DNA of 64,000 nt from an uncultured Bacteroidota bacterium (GTDB lineage Bacteria > Bacteroidota > Ignavibacteria > UBA10030 > UBA6906). The stretch is from contig CAWEKI010000008.1 in assembly GCA_963809695.1 (NCBI GenBank), forward strand, positions 249,739 to 313,738. Direction: 5' to 3'. Below the pieces are notes generated by a model. It was not told the origin of the DNA. It saw only the letters and a program-made list of their open reading frames with translations, and searched no databases. Made by a program: the position numbers and the translations under genes. Shown here in pieces: positions 18,524 through 27,255 of the stretch; position 1 is the first letter of the stretch; each line of letters opens with the position of its first letter.

Positions 18524-20959
18524 ATGGCACACCGCTTTCTGAAAGGCAACGGCTCCGTCATTCTCCTCGGCGTGGCCGGTGCTTTGCTCTTTGGTTTTCT
18601 TTACAGCCGGGTCAGTCCCGCTGCCTCGGTGGACATGCAATACAGCCGGGGCCAGATCATGGAGCGATCCCGCGCCTTCCTGCTCGGGTTGGGCTATGAC
18701 CTGAAGGACTATCAGCAGGATGCGTGGGTTGGCCTGGAAGGGCAGACGCACCTGTACCTTCAAACCCGTGTGGGGATGGATCGTGCGAATGCTATGGTCC
18801 GTTCGGACAGTCTCCCCGCCCATCACTGGTTTGTTTTATGGTACGATGCAGCGTTCCCCCAGAGTCAGAATCCTGAGACCTTCCGTGTCTGGATGACGCT
18901 GGGGGGACGTGTGCTCGGGTTTGAGCATATCATCGACGACTCAGTCGGAAGACCATCCGTCTCACCTGCTGAGGCGAAAACCATGGCTGAGAATTTTCTG
19001 GTGGCGCAGCGCATCAATCTGCAGGAATACCAACTCAAGACCTCGTCCGACACAAAGCAGCGGGGGCGCACGGACTACCGGTTCGTCTGGTCCAAACGGG
19101 ACACGCTTGCCGAGCAGGAGCTCTGGCTCAGGATCCAGGGCAATGAGGTGGGAGGCTACCGGACGACGCTCGTTCTGCAAGGGGATTTTCAGCGCGAATA
19201 CAGCGATACCTTTACCAAGATGACGTTTATCGTCACTGCCTCCTTTGCTGCGCTCTTCCTGCTCTTCTTTTTCATCGTCGTGCTGTTCCTGAAAAAGTAC
19301 CACGAAGGGGAAGTGGGGACCCGCACGGCGGCTTTGGTGTTTATCGGATTGTTTGCGGTATCCGTCCTCTCAACGCTCAATCAGTATCCAGTCCTGGGTG
19401 CGTCGACGCAGATAGGCGACCTGAACAAAGCGAATGTGCGGCTGGTGATCTTTGGAATGGACGTGTTCATCGTGCAGGTCTTCTTCAGCGTCATGGTCTT
19501 CGCCGCGTGGAGCGTGGGGGAATCTTCCTCGCGCAGCACATGGCCTCGAAAGCTCACGGCGGTAGACAGCACACTCTTCCGGAAATTCTTCACCGCGGAT
19601 GTGGGGGAGGGAATTCTGCGGGGATATGCATGGGGACTGGGAATGCTCGGGCTCTTTGCCGCCGCCAGCTACGGCCTGACCCGGTTTGCGGGAGTGTATC
19701 TCCTCCCGACGGAAGTCTCCGGGATCGCGGAAGCGTATGTCCCGGCAGCCCAACCGGTCCTCGCCGGCTTCACCGGAGCCGTTACATGCGAAATTATCTA
19801 CCGCCTCTTTTTCATATCCTTTTTGAGCGAGTGGCTCAAGAAACGCTGGCTGGCCGTTCTCGCCGCTGGCGTTATTTGGACGGTGACAGCGTATGCCCTT
19901 TGGTCCGTGCCCTTCGGCCATCCTCGCCCTGGCCTCTACCTTGGGATTCTCCTGCTCTTCGGCCTCGCCTTCGGTTACCTTTTTTTGCGCTATGACCTGA
20001 TCACGACGATCATGGCGAATTTTGTGGTCATCTCCCTGAATGCCGCAATCCCGCTCTTTTCCTCTCAGGGGGCATACTTTGTGCCGGTCCACTGGGAGGT
20101 TGTCGGGTTCCTTGCGCTACCCCTGGTGGTTGCCGTGCTGGGCTTCGTCAAGCAGCAGCGATTCGAATTCACGCTCGAGACTATGCCTCAGCACATCAAG
20201 CGGATCAGTGAGCGGGAGCGCATGGCGAAAGAACTGGAGATCGCGCGCAGCGTGCAAATGAGTCTGCTTCCCAAGGCCAACCCCAGGGCCGAAGGATATG
20301 ACATCGCTGGCATCTGCATTCCTGCGCTTGAGGTGGGAGGGGACTATTATGATTTCGTGACGCTGGGCGGTTCAAGAATAGGGATTGCCATCGGTGATGT
20401 CTCCGGAAAGGGCGTCCCTGCGGCAATCTATATGACGCTGACGAAAGGAATCCTGCAGTCGCACGCGGAAGACAACATTTCGCCCAAGCTCGTGCTGAGC
20501 AAGGTGAACAGCCTGATGTATCGGACGATTGAACGGAGTTCGTTTGTCAGCATGTTCTACGCGATTCTGGATGTTCAACAGAGAACCATCAGGTTCGCTC
20601 GAGCCGGCCAATGTCCGGTGATTCTCACCCAACATGCTGACCATGAGGGCTCATTTCTCACTCCCAAGGGCATGGCTCTTGGGCTCGAGATGGGAAAAGT
20701 GTTCGATGCGGTCCTCGAAGAGCAGGAGGTGCGCCTGCAATCCGGCGAAGTACTGGTGTTCTATACCGATGGCTTCACCGAGGCCATGAACAAGCGGGAG
20801 GAGGAATTTGGAGAGAAGCGCCTTGTGGAGGCTGTGTCCCGCCATCGGACTCAACCCGCCGCGGAGCTTATCCGGCGCATCTGCGAAGACGTGAGTGCTT
20901 TCACCGGCGATGCAATTCAGCACGATGATATGACAATGGTGGTGGTAAAGGTTTCATAA
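18524..20959 (+). CDS. Multi-TM sensor fused to SpoIIE/PP2C protein phosphatase, with degenerate CPBP-like membrane domain
   Basis: ELEIARSVQMSLLP, EVGGDYYD, GDVSGKGVPAA, YTDGFTEA, DDMT; about a dozen TM segments; CEIIYRLF resembles CPBP EExxxR. Confidence 0.88.
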   Translation: MAHRFLKGNGSVILLGVAGALLFGFLYSRVSPAASVDMQYSRGQIMERSRAFLLGLGYDLKDYQQDAWVGLEGQTHLYLQTRVGMDRANAMVRSDSLPAHHWFVLWYDAAFPQSQNPETFRVWMTLGGRVLGFEHIIDDSVGRPSVSPAEAKTMAENFLVAQRINLQEYQLKTSSDTKQRGRTDYRFVWSKRDTLAEQELWLRIQGNEVGGYRTTLVLQGDFQREYSDTFTKMTFIVTASFAALFLLFFFIVVLFLKKYHEGEVGTRTAALVFIGLFAVSVLSTLNQYPVLGASTQIGDLNKANVRLVIFGMDVFIVQVFFSVMVFAAWSVGESSSRSTWPRKLTAVDSTLFRKFFTADVGEGILRGYAWGLGMLGLFAAASYGLTRFAGVYLLPTEVSGIAEAYVPAAQPVLAGFTGAVTCEIIYRLFFISFLSEWLKKRWLAVLAAGVIWTVTAYALWSVPFGHPRPGLYLGILLLFGLAFGYLFLRYDLITTIMANFVVISLNAAIPLFSSQGAYFVPVHWEVVGFLALPLVVAVLGFVKQQRFEFTLETMPQHIKRISERERMAKELEIARSVQMSLLPKANPRAEGYDIAGICIPALEVGGDYYDFVTLGGSRIGIAIGDVSGKGVPAAIYMTLTKGILQSHAEDNISPKLVLSKVNSLMYRTIERSSFVSMFYAILDVQQRTIRFARAGQCPVILTQHADHEGSFLTPKGMALGLEMGKVFDAVLEEQEVRLQSGEVLVFYTDGFTEAMNKREEEFGEKRLVEAVSRHRTQPAAELIRRICEDVSAFTGDAIQHDDMTMVVVKVS

Positions 20960-20968
20960 GGGAATGCG

Positions 20969-21451
20969 ATGGCCCGGAGTGCTCTGCTTGTCATACTGAT
21001 CTCCCTCTCCTGCGTCGGGTGCGACCAGTTCACGAAGAGCCTCGCGCGGGAAGATCTGGAGCCGGGCCGGCCGGTGACCTACTTCGGTGGTTTCGTCCGT
21101 CTCCAGTATGAAGAGAACCCGGGAGGAATGTTGAGCGTTGGATCGGAGTTCCCTGAATCGCTCCGCTTCTGGGTGTTTACTGTGACCGTCGGTCTGTTCC
21201 TTCTCGGTATCCTCTTCGTGGTCTGCACGCATCCGAAGCTTGCTGTGGGAGACCGGCTGGCAGCCGCCTTGATCGCCGGTGGAGGCTTCGGGAACCTGAT
21301 TGACCGTCTCCTGTATGACGGAAGCGTGATCGACTTCCTGAATGTCGGTCTTGGGCCGATCAGGACGGCGGTTTTCAACATTGCCGATGTGGCCGTGCTG
21401 ACCGGTGCGGGGCTTTTGCTGTTGAGGCACCTGCGAAAGGTCGGTGTCTGA
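20969..21451 (+). CDS. lspA: Lipoprotein signal peptidase II
   Basis: DQFTK, NPGG, GGGFGNLIDR, VIDF, FNIAD. Confidence 0.93.
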   Translation: MARSALLVILISLSCVGCDQFTKSLAREDLEPGRPVTYFGGFVRLQYEENPGGMLSVGSEFPESLRFWVFTVTVGLFLLGILFVVCTHPKLAVGDRLAAALIAGGGFGNLIDRLLYDGSVIDFLNVGLGPIRTAVFNIADVAVLTGAGLLLLRHLRKVGV

Positions 21452-21530
21452 ATTTCATAGAGTTGGCTACTGCTTCACCCGTATGTGGCATACTCCACAT
21501 CTAAGACCACAATCAAGTCCTGGTTGCCCT

Positions 21531-21956
21531 GTGCCTAGAACAAAACTCGAACTCCCCGCCAGCTTCGCATTTTCTACTGAGATCCCCATCCGCATCACCG
21601 ATATCAACTACGGCGGGCACCTCGGAAACGATTCACTCCTTTCGCTGTTGCAGGAGGCAAGGCTCCGGTTCCTGCAACACCATGGTTACTCTGAGAAAGA
21701 CGTGGAGGGAAGGGGACTCATCATGCTTGATGCAGTCGTCCTGTACAGATCGGAGGCATTTTACGGCGATGTCCTTCGCATCGAGGTTGCCGTGGCCGAC
21801 GTTGGCGCTCATGGTTGTGATCTGCTCTATCGTGTCACACAGAAGGAGTCCGGCAGGGAGGTGTCCCGCGCGAAGACCACGATAGCATTCTTCGACTATG
21901 CGAAGCGCAAAGTGGTCGAAGTCCCCGATGGCTTTCGCGCCAAGTTCCCCTCTTGA
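21531..21956 (+). CDS. Acyl-CoA thioesterase (4HBT hot-dog fold)
   Basis: IRITDINYGGHLGND..EAR; GTG start. Confidence 0.9.
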   Translation: MPRTKLELPASFAFSTEIPIRITDINYGGHLGNDSLLSLLQEARLRFLQHHGYSEKDVEGRGLIMLDAVVLYRSEAFYGDVLRIEVAVADVGAHGCDLLYRVTQKESGREVSRAKTTIAFFDYAKRKVVEVPDGFRAKFPS

Positions 21957-22086
21957 ATGGTTGTTTGCCCCCTTGACATTCAATTCAGGGAACGTTAATT
22001 AAGTACTAGCTGAAATCCTTGCGTGCTTCCAGTACGAGGAGGGGGTGTTGTTTACTGTCCACTCCAACAAACTCAAGGAGGCTTCG

Positions 22087-23124
22087 ATGAACGCACATCT
22101 GAGAGTGATCGCCAGATTGTGTTTGCTTGTTGCAGTGACCACGAACGCTCAAGTCTTGCTCGCTCAGTCCATCCCTTTGCTCCAAGGTGAATTGAATGTC
22201 TTTATCGATTCGACGGCAAGCTACACCATCAACGTAACACCGACGGGGACGGTATACGGCAAGAGAGTTGACTGGTTCCCCGTGACGTCTTACGGTGGAT
22301 ATAGCGTCTCAACTGCTTTTTATGGAAACCATGTTGACAGGTCGGGCGGTCCTGGGGATGGACTGCCAGTAATTGGATACGCACTCTATAAAATCCAGTA
22401 TGAGGAATGTAGGCTATATGTCGACTTTCGGGACGGCGATTACCAAACGAGTGCGTATTCAAACTACGACCTCTTCATTGAATACTTTCCATCGATCGAA
22501 AGATTCGTGCGGACCGATGTCACGCCTCGCAGAGTATTCAATCTTCATGATACGGTCGGCATTTGGGAGAATGGGAACAAGTCCAGCGGGAGCTCTCGAG
22601 TCCCAGTGACCGTCAGGAACTCCTACAATGGGGGGTATGGCGGCACGGTAGTGATCGATCAGAATACCTGCTCCTCCCCCTGCCAGACCATCTGGAGTCT
22701 TGGCAATCATGTGATCGCTGCCCCTGCCATCCAAGGAGGGGCATGGGTCTTCGATCACTGGAGTGATGGAGGGGGGCAGACCCATACCGTCGATGTAGGA
22801 GTAGCGCAATTCGCCAACACATATACGGCATACTACAGGCACGAGCTATCGGGTCCGGAGAGTGCCGGGTCCACGCTCGTGAGCTATCCCAACCCATTTA
22901 ATCCTTCCACTTGGATCAACTACTCACTCCAACACAGAGGGCATGTCCGGCTCTCTGTTGTTGACGTTTTGGGCCGAGAGGTTTCCGTGCCGGTGGATGA
23001 ATTCGAAGAGGCCGGCCCGCATCGCGTGATGTTTGATGGCTCCGGCTTCTCATCGGGTACTTACTATTGCCGGCTCAACGAACGAGGCGGATTGAAGGAG
23101 ATTCGTATGCTACTGACCAAATAA
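22087..23124 (+). CDS. T9SS type A sorting-domain secreted protein
   Basis: Signal peptide; WVFDHWSDGG InlB-B-repeat-like segment; C-terminal YPNPFNP..DVLGREV..SSGTYY CTD; RBS AAGGAG. Confidence 0.85.
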   Translation: MNAHLRVIARLCLLVAVTTNAQVLLAQSIPLLQGELNVFIDSTASYTINVTPTGTVYGKRVDWFPVTSYGGYSVSTAFYGNHVDRSGGPGDGLPVIGYALYKIQYEECRLYVDFRDGDYQTSAYSNYDLFIEYFPSIERFVRTDVTPRRVFNLHDTVGIWENGNKSSGSSRVPVTVRNSYNGGYGGTVVIDQNTCSSPCQTIWSLGNHVIAAPAIQGGAWVFDHWSDGGGQTHTVDVGVAQFANTYTAYYRHELSGPESAGSTLVSYPNPFNPSTWINYSLQHRGHVRLSVVDVLGREVSVPVDEFEEAGPHRVMFDGSGFSSGTYYCRLNERGGLKEIRMLLTK

Positions 23125-23137
23125 GGATGGAGGGGTT

Positions 23138-24796
23138 ATGAGACGCGGTCTGCTTGTACCAGCACTCTTCGCGGTGGTAATCACATCCCATGCGACGGGG
23201 CTAAATGACTCCATCCACGAGTCCCCTTCCCAGACAGAAACCATGGTGCGTGCAGTATTCAAACGATCAGCCTGGCTGGATGTGAGCCGGGTCAAAATTC
23301 ACTTGAACAATAGGGGATCGCTGGATAACAACGCTCCTGGGGGATCAGGCGGAGCATTCTGGCCGGACACTACAGACCCTTACGGGAACGTGTTACTCTA
23401 TGACTTCGGTCCTTGGATAGTGGGCAAACTCAATGGGATTCCCAAGATGGGACTCTCACAGTGGGGCACATCCTATTCACCCGGTCCAGTCATCAGTGGT
23501 CAACCAGCGCTTACCGCTCAACCGGCTGATTCGCTTCGCTACAGGCTCTACAAGATCACGAAGGGAGACGATGCTGCCTCCAATCCGGACTACCGAGATT
23601 GGCCAAGTGATCTAGGTGCTCCGCTGGACACTCAAGGCAAGCCACGCCTCTACGGTGAGCAGACCGTCTGGACTATCTTCAATAACTTGGACACGCTGGC
23701 CCCTTCAAACTGGTGGCGATCCCATATGCCCTTGCCGGGGCTTCCAGTGGAAATCCAGGAAACGGTCTATGAGCAGAGGGTAGATGATTCCAACGCGGTT
23801 CTAGGCAATGTTGCATTCATCGAGTGGACCATCGTCAACACAGGAGATGTGCCGATTGAATCAACTTACGTTTCTCTTTGGGCCGATGTCGATTTCAACG
23901 GTACTACGGACAACCGTCCAGCTGTTGATACGGTCAACCAGTTGGGCTATTGCTGGCAGTTCTATAATACGGCCTACCATACGCTTCCAAGAGCCGTGGG
24001 TTTTGTCTGGCTCTACGGACCGAGCGTTCCCAGCGTCGGCAGCCAGGCAATCTTTAGGGGAAACCATCGTCCCGACTACAAAAACCTTCCCTTAAGCTCC
24101 TTCTGGGGTATACAGGATGATTCCTTCCAGGATTCTTCGTTCAATGGGCCGTCCTATTCGATGGGCACGGCCTGGAATATCGCCCGGGGATTCGATAAGG
24201 CAGGGAACCCCATCGTGGATTCCGCCACCCATCAGATCACAAAATTCCCTTATAACGGAGACCCCGTGAAAGGTTCCGGCTGGCTCTGTCCGTTTAGTAG
24301 CGGCGGGGCTGGCTTCAACATGTTCTCAGGGCCCTTCACCATGGCTCCCCATGATACACAGTGGGTGATGGCAGCAGTCATCCCAGTGAATAGCTCGGAT
24401 CACCTAGAGTGTGTGCGGCTTTTACGGGAGCATGCGGCTACGCTCCGGGCGATGTCCTACGGGACGTTGGTGGTCTCTTCGGTGCCCGGTGGAGACCCTG
24501 CATTGCTCCCCACTCGAACGGCGATGGAGCAGAACTATCCTAACCCGTTCAATCCCAAAACGGTGATCAAGTACACGATAGGAGGGAATGGGGGTGAGGG
24601 AGAGGGGAATAATCATGTGTCTCTTGTCGTATATGATGTCCTGGGCAGGCAAGTGGCTATTCTGGTCAACGAGAGAAAGGCTCCTGGCGAGTATGAAGTA
24701 ACCTTCGATGGCTCGGGGCTTTCGAGCGGGGTCTATTTCTGCAGATTGGAAGCGGGAGTTTTTGTTGGGTTGAAAGAGCTCCTTCTAGTTCGATAA
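23138..24796 (+). CDS. T9SS type A sorting-domain secreted protein
   Basis: Signal peptide; C-terminal QNYPNPFNP..YDVLGRQVA..LSSGVYF CTD. Confidence 0.88.
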   Translation: MRRGLLVPALFAVVITSHATGLNDSIHESPSQTETMVRAVFKRSAWLDVSRVKIHLNNRGSLDNNAPGGSGGAFWPDTTDPYGNVLLYDFGPWIVGKLNGIPKMGLSQWGTSYSPGPVISGQPALTAQPADSLRYRLYKITKGDDAASNPDYRDWPSDLGAPLDTQGKPRLYGEQTVWTIFNNLDTLAPSNWWRSHMPLPGLPVEIQETVYEQRVDDSNAVLGNVAFIEWTIVNTGDVPIESTYVSLWADVDFNGTTDNRPAVDTVNQLGYCWQFYNTAYHTLPRAVGFVWLYGPSVPSVGSQAIFRGNHRPDYKNLPLSSFWGIQDDSFQDSSFNGPSYSMGTAWNIARGFDKAGNPIVDSATHQITKFPYNGDPVKGSGWLCPFSSGGAGFNMFSGPFTMAPHDTQWVMAAVIPVNSSDHLECVRLLREHAATLRAMSYGTLVVSSVPGGDPALLPTRTAMEQNYPNPFNPKTVIKYTIGGNGGEGEGNNHVSLVVYDVLGRQVAILVNERKAPGEYEVTFDGSGLSSGVYFCRLEAGVFVGLKELLLVR

Positions 24797-24895
24797 TTGG
24801 CAGGCTTATGGCATCGTTTCCAGGGAATCGTTGCAGGGGTCCAGGTGTTGAGAAGGTGCCCTAGGATTTCCACTCAAACTTCCTTGGAGGTTCCC

Positions 24896-25561
24896 TTGTC
24901 GAGCAAGACCATCAAACTCACCAGCAGGCTCTACCAGTACCTGAAGGATTCCTCTCTGCGGGAGCCCGAGATCCTCCACCGCCTCCGGGAGGAGACCCGG
25001 CGGTCTACGGATGACCCCGGGATGCAGATCAGCCCGGAACAAGGGCAGCTTATGAACCTGCTGGCCCGTCTCGTCAATGCGAAGAAAGTGCTGGAGGTCG
25101 GAGTGTTCACGGGTTACAGCTCACTCAGTGTCGCCTCTGCTCTTCCGCCTGACGGCAGACTCATCGCCTGCGATGTGAGCGAAGAATGGACCTCGATTGC
25201 CCGGAAATACTGGAAGGAAGCCGGCGTGGCAGACAAGATCGACTTGCGGCTGGGTCCTGCACTGCAAACGCTCGATGGACTTCTCGCCAACGGAGAGGCG
25301 AATTCTTTTGATTTTGCCTTCATCGATGCCGACAAGAAAAATCTCCCGCTCTATTATGAAAAAGTTCTCGAGTTATTGCGCCCCGGAGGGCTGCTCGGCA
25401 TTGATAATGTGCTCTGGTCCGGAAGGGTCGCTGACCCACGCGTCCGAGACAAAGATACGATCGCCATCCGCAAACTCAACAAGCAACTCCACGAAGACCC
25501 GCGCATCCACCTGAGCATGCTGCCGATTGGAGATGGGTTCACGCTCGCGTCAAAGAAATGA
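24896..25561 (+). CDS. Class I SAM-dependent O-methyltransferase (caffeoyl-CoA OMT-like)
   Basis: MQISPEQGQ, LEVGVFTGYS, FDFAFIDADK, DNVLWSG; TTG start after GGAGG. Confidence 0.92.
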   Translation: MSSKTIKLTSRLYQYLKDSSLREPEILHRLREETRRSTDDPGMQISPEQGQLMNLLARLVNAKKVLEVGVFTGYSSLSVASALPPDGRLIACDVSEEWTSIARKYWKEAGVADKIDLRLGPALQTLDGLLANGEANSFDFAFIDADKKNLPLYYEKVLELLRPGGLLGIDNVLWSGRVADPRVRDKDTIAIRKLNKQLHEDPRIHLSMLPIGDGFTLASKK

Positions 25562-25680
25562 CCCCTCGACTCGCTTGGGCCTAGCGCTCCTCCGCTCGCT
25601 CAGGATTACGAAAATCATAGTTGCTGGACCTTGTGATCCTGAGCGAGTGCCGAGGACCTCCTTCGGCACGAGTCGAAGGA
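25562..25680. repeat. REP-like extragenic palindrome
   Basis: CCCTCGACTCG..CTCGCTCAGGATTAC / GTGATCCTGAGCGAG..CGAGTCGAAGGA inverted arms; internal GTGCCGA..TCGGCAC hairpin. Confidence 0.75.
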
Positions 25681-25709
25681 TTGTTTTTCTCCCCTATTCT
25701 GCCTATTTT
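25681..25709 (+). promoter_or_regulatory. sigma70-like promoter for lysS operon
   Basis: TTGTTT-N17-TATTTT directly after the REP element. Confidence 0.45.
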
Positions 25710-25740
25710 TCCCCGATAATCGATCACTCCGGAGACCCTG

Positions 25741-27252
25741 GTGGAACAACAAAACGAAGCGCACGAACTCAACGAGCTCATGAAGCGGCGCCGTGAGGAG
25801 CACGATGCGCTGAAGAACGCAGGTATTAACCCCTATCCGTATGCATTCGACAGAACGGCGTACTCACGAGAGATCCTGGAATTGTTCAAAGACGATCAGC
25901 CACAGCGGGATGTGGCGATCGCCGGCCGGATCATGTCTCTGCGGCGCATGGGGAAAGCCTCCTTTTTCCATCTTGAAGATCCGCAAGGGCGAATACAGAT
26001 CTACCTTCGCAAGGACGATCTCGGAGCATCCTATGACGCGTTCAGGCTCATGGACATCGGCGACATCGTCGGGGTCGAAGGGTTCGTGTTCAGAACGAAG
26101 ATGGGGGAGATTTCCGTTCATGCCCGCTCGCTGACGCTACTGGCGAAGTCGCTCCGGCCCCTGCCGATCGCGAAAGAAAAGGTGGACGAGCAGGGAAACA
26201 AAACCGTCTATGATCCGTTCTCGGACAAGGAACTGCGGTACCGGCAGCGGTACGTGGACCTCGTCGTCAATCCTCAGGTGCGGGAGGTATTCGTCAAGCG
26301 AAGCAAGATCATTGCTGCGATCCGGAACGTTCTGAACGAGCGGGGATACCTGGAAGTTGAAACGCCGGTATTGCAGCCGCAGTATGGAGGCGCATTTGCA
26401 CGTCCGTTCATCACGCACCATAACGCCCTGGATGTTGACCTTTACCTGCGGATTGCGGATGAACTCTACTTGAAGCGGCTGATTGTCGGCGGATTTGAGG
26501 GAGTGTACGAGTTTGCCAAGGACTTCCGGAACGAAGGGATGGATCGCAGCCACAACCCCGAGTTCACGATGCTCGAGGTCTATGTTGCGCTGAAAGACTA
26601 TGTCTGGATGATGGGCCTTGTGGAAGGGATGCTCAGCACTGTGGCACATGCGGTGAATGGCTCTCCGAAGGTCCAGCATGGCTCCCGCCTGATCGATTTC
26701 ACGCCCCCCTGGAAGCGTCTGACCATGTTCGACGCGATCAAGGAGCATGCCGGTGTGGATATCTGCGGGATGGATGAGGCCGCCCTCAGGACCGCCGCGA
26801 AATCGCTTCACGTCGAGGTCAAGGCGACAGACGGAGCGGGAACGATCATCGACGAGATCTTTAGCGCAAAGGTCGAACATCACCTGATCCAGCCAACGTT
26901 TATCATGGATTATCCTCTCTCTATGTCGCCACTTGCGAAGCGGCACCGGACGGAGGAAGGGCTTGTCGAGCGGTTTGAGGCGTACTGCAACGGGCAGGAA
27001 ATCTGCAATGCATTCAGTGAGTTGAATGACCCGGTGGACCAGCGTGCCCGCTTCGAAGAACAGATGCGGAACCGGGCCCGTGGAGAAGAAGAAGTACAGC
27101 CACTGGATGAAGACTTCCTGCGCGCGCTCGAGTATGGCATGCCGCCGACTGCGGGATTGGGGATCGGCATCGATCGACTCACCATGCTGATGACCGGACA
27201 GGACTCCATTCGCGACGTGATTTTCTTTCCGCAGATGAAACCTGAGAAGTAG
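25741..27252 (+). CDS. lysS: Lysine--tRNA ligase (class II)
   Basis: [56 protein letters not shown]. Confidence 0.98.
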   Translation: MEQQNEAHELNELMKRRREEHDALKNAGINPYPYAFDRTAYSREILELFKDDQPQRDVAIAGRIMSLRRMGKASFFHLEDPQGRIQIYLRKDDLGASYDAFRLMDIGDIVGVEGFVFRTKMGEISVHARSLTLLAKSLRPLPIAKEKVDEQGNKTVYDPFSDKELRYRQRYVDLVVNPQVREVFVKRSKIIAAIRNVLNERGYLEVETPVLQPQYGGAFARPFITHHNALDVDLYLRIADELYLKRLIVGGFEGVYEFAKDFRNEGMDRSHNPEFTMLEVYVALKDYVWMMGLVEGMLSTVAHAVNGSPKVQHGSRLIDFTPPWKRLTMFDAIKEHAGVDICGMDEAALRTAAKSLHVEVKATDGAGTIIDEIFSAKVEHHLIQPTFIMDYPLSMSPLAKRHRTEEGLVERFEAYCNGQEICNAFSELNDPVDQRARFEEQMRNRARGEEEVQPLDEDFLRALEYGMPPTAGLGIGIDRLTMLMTGQDSIRDVIFFPQMKPEK

Positions 27253-27255
27253 CCG

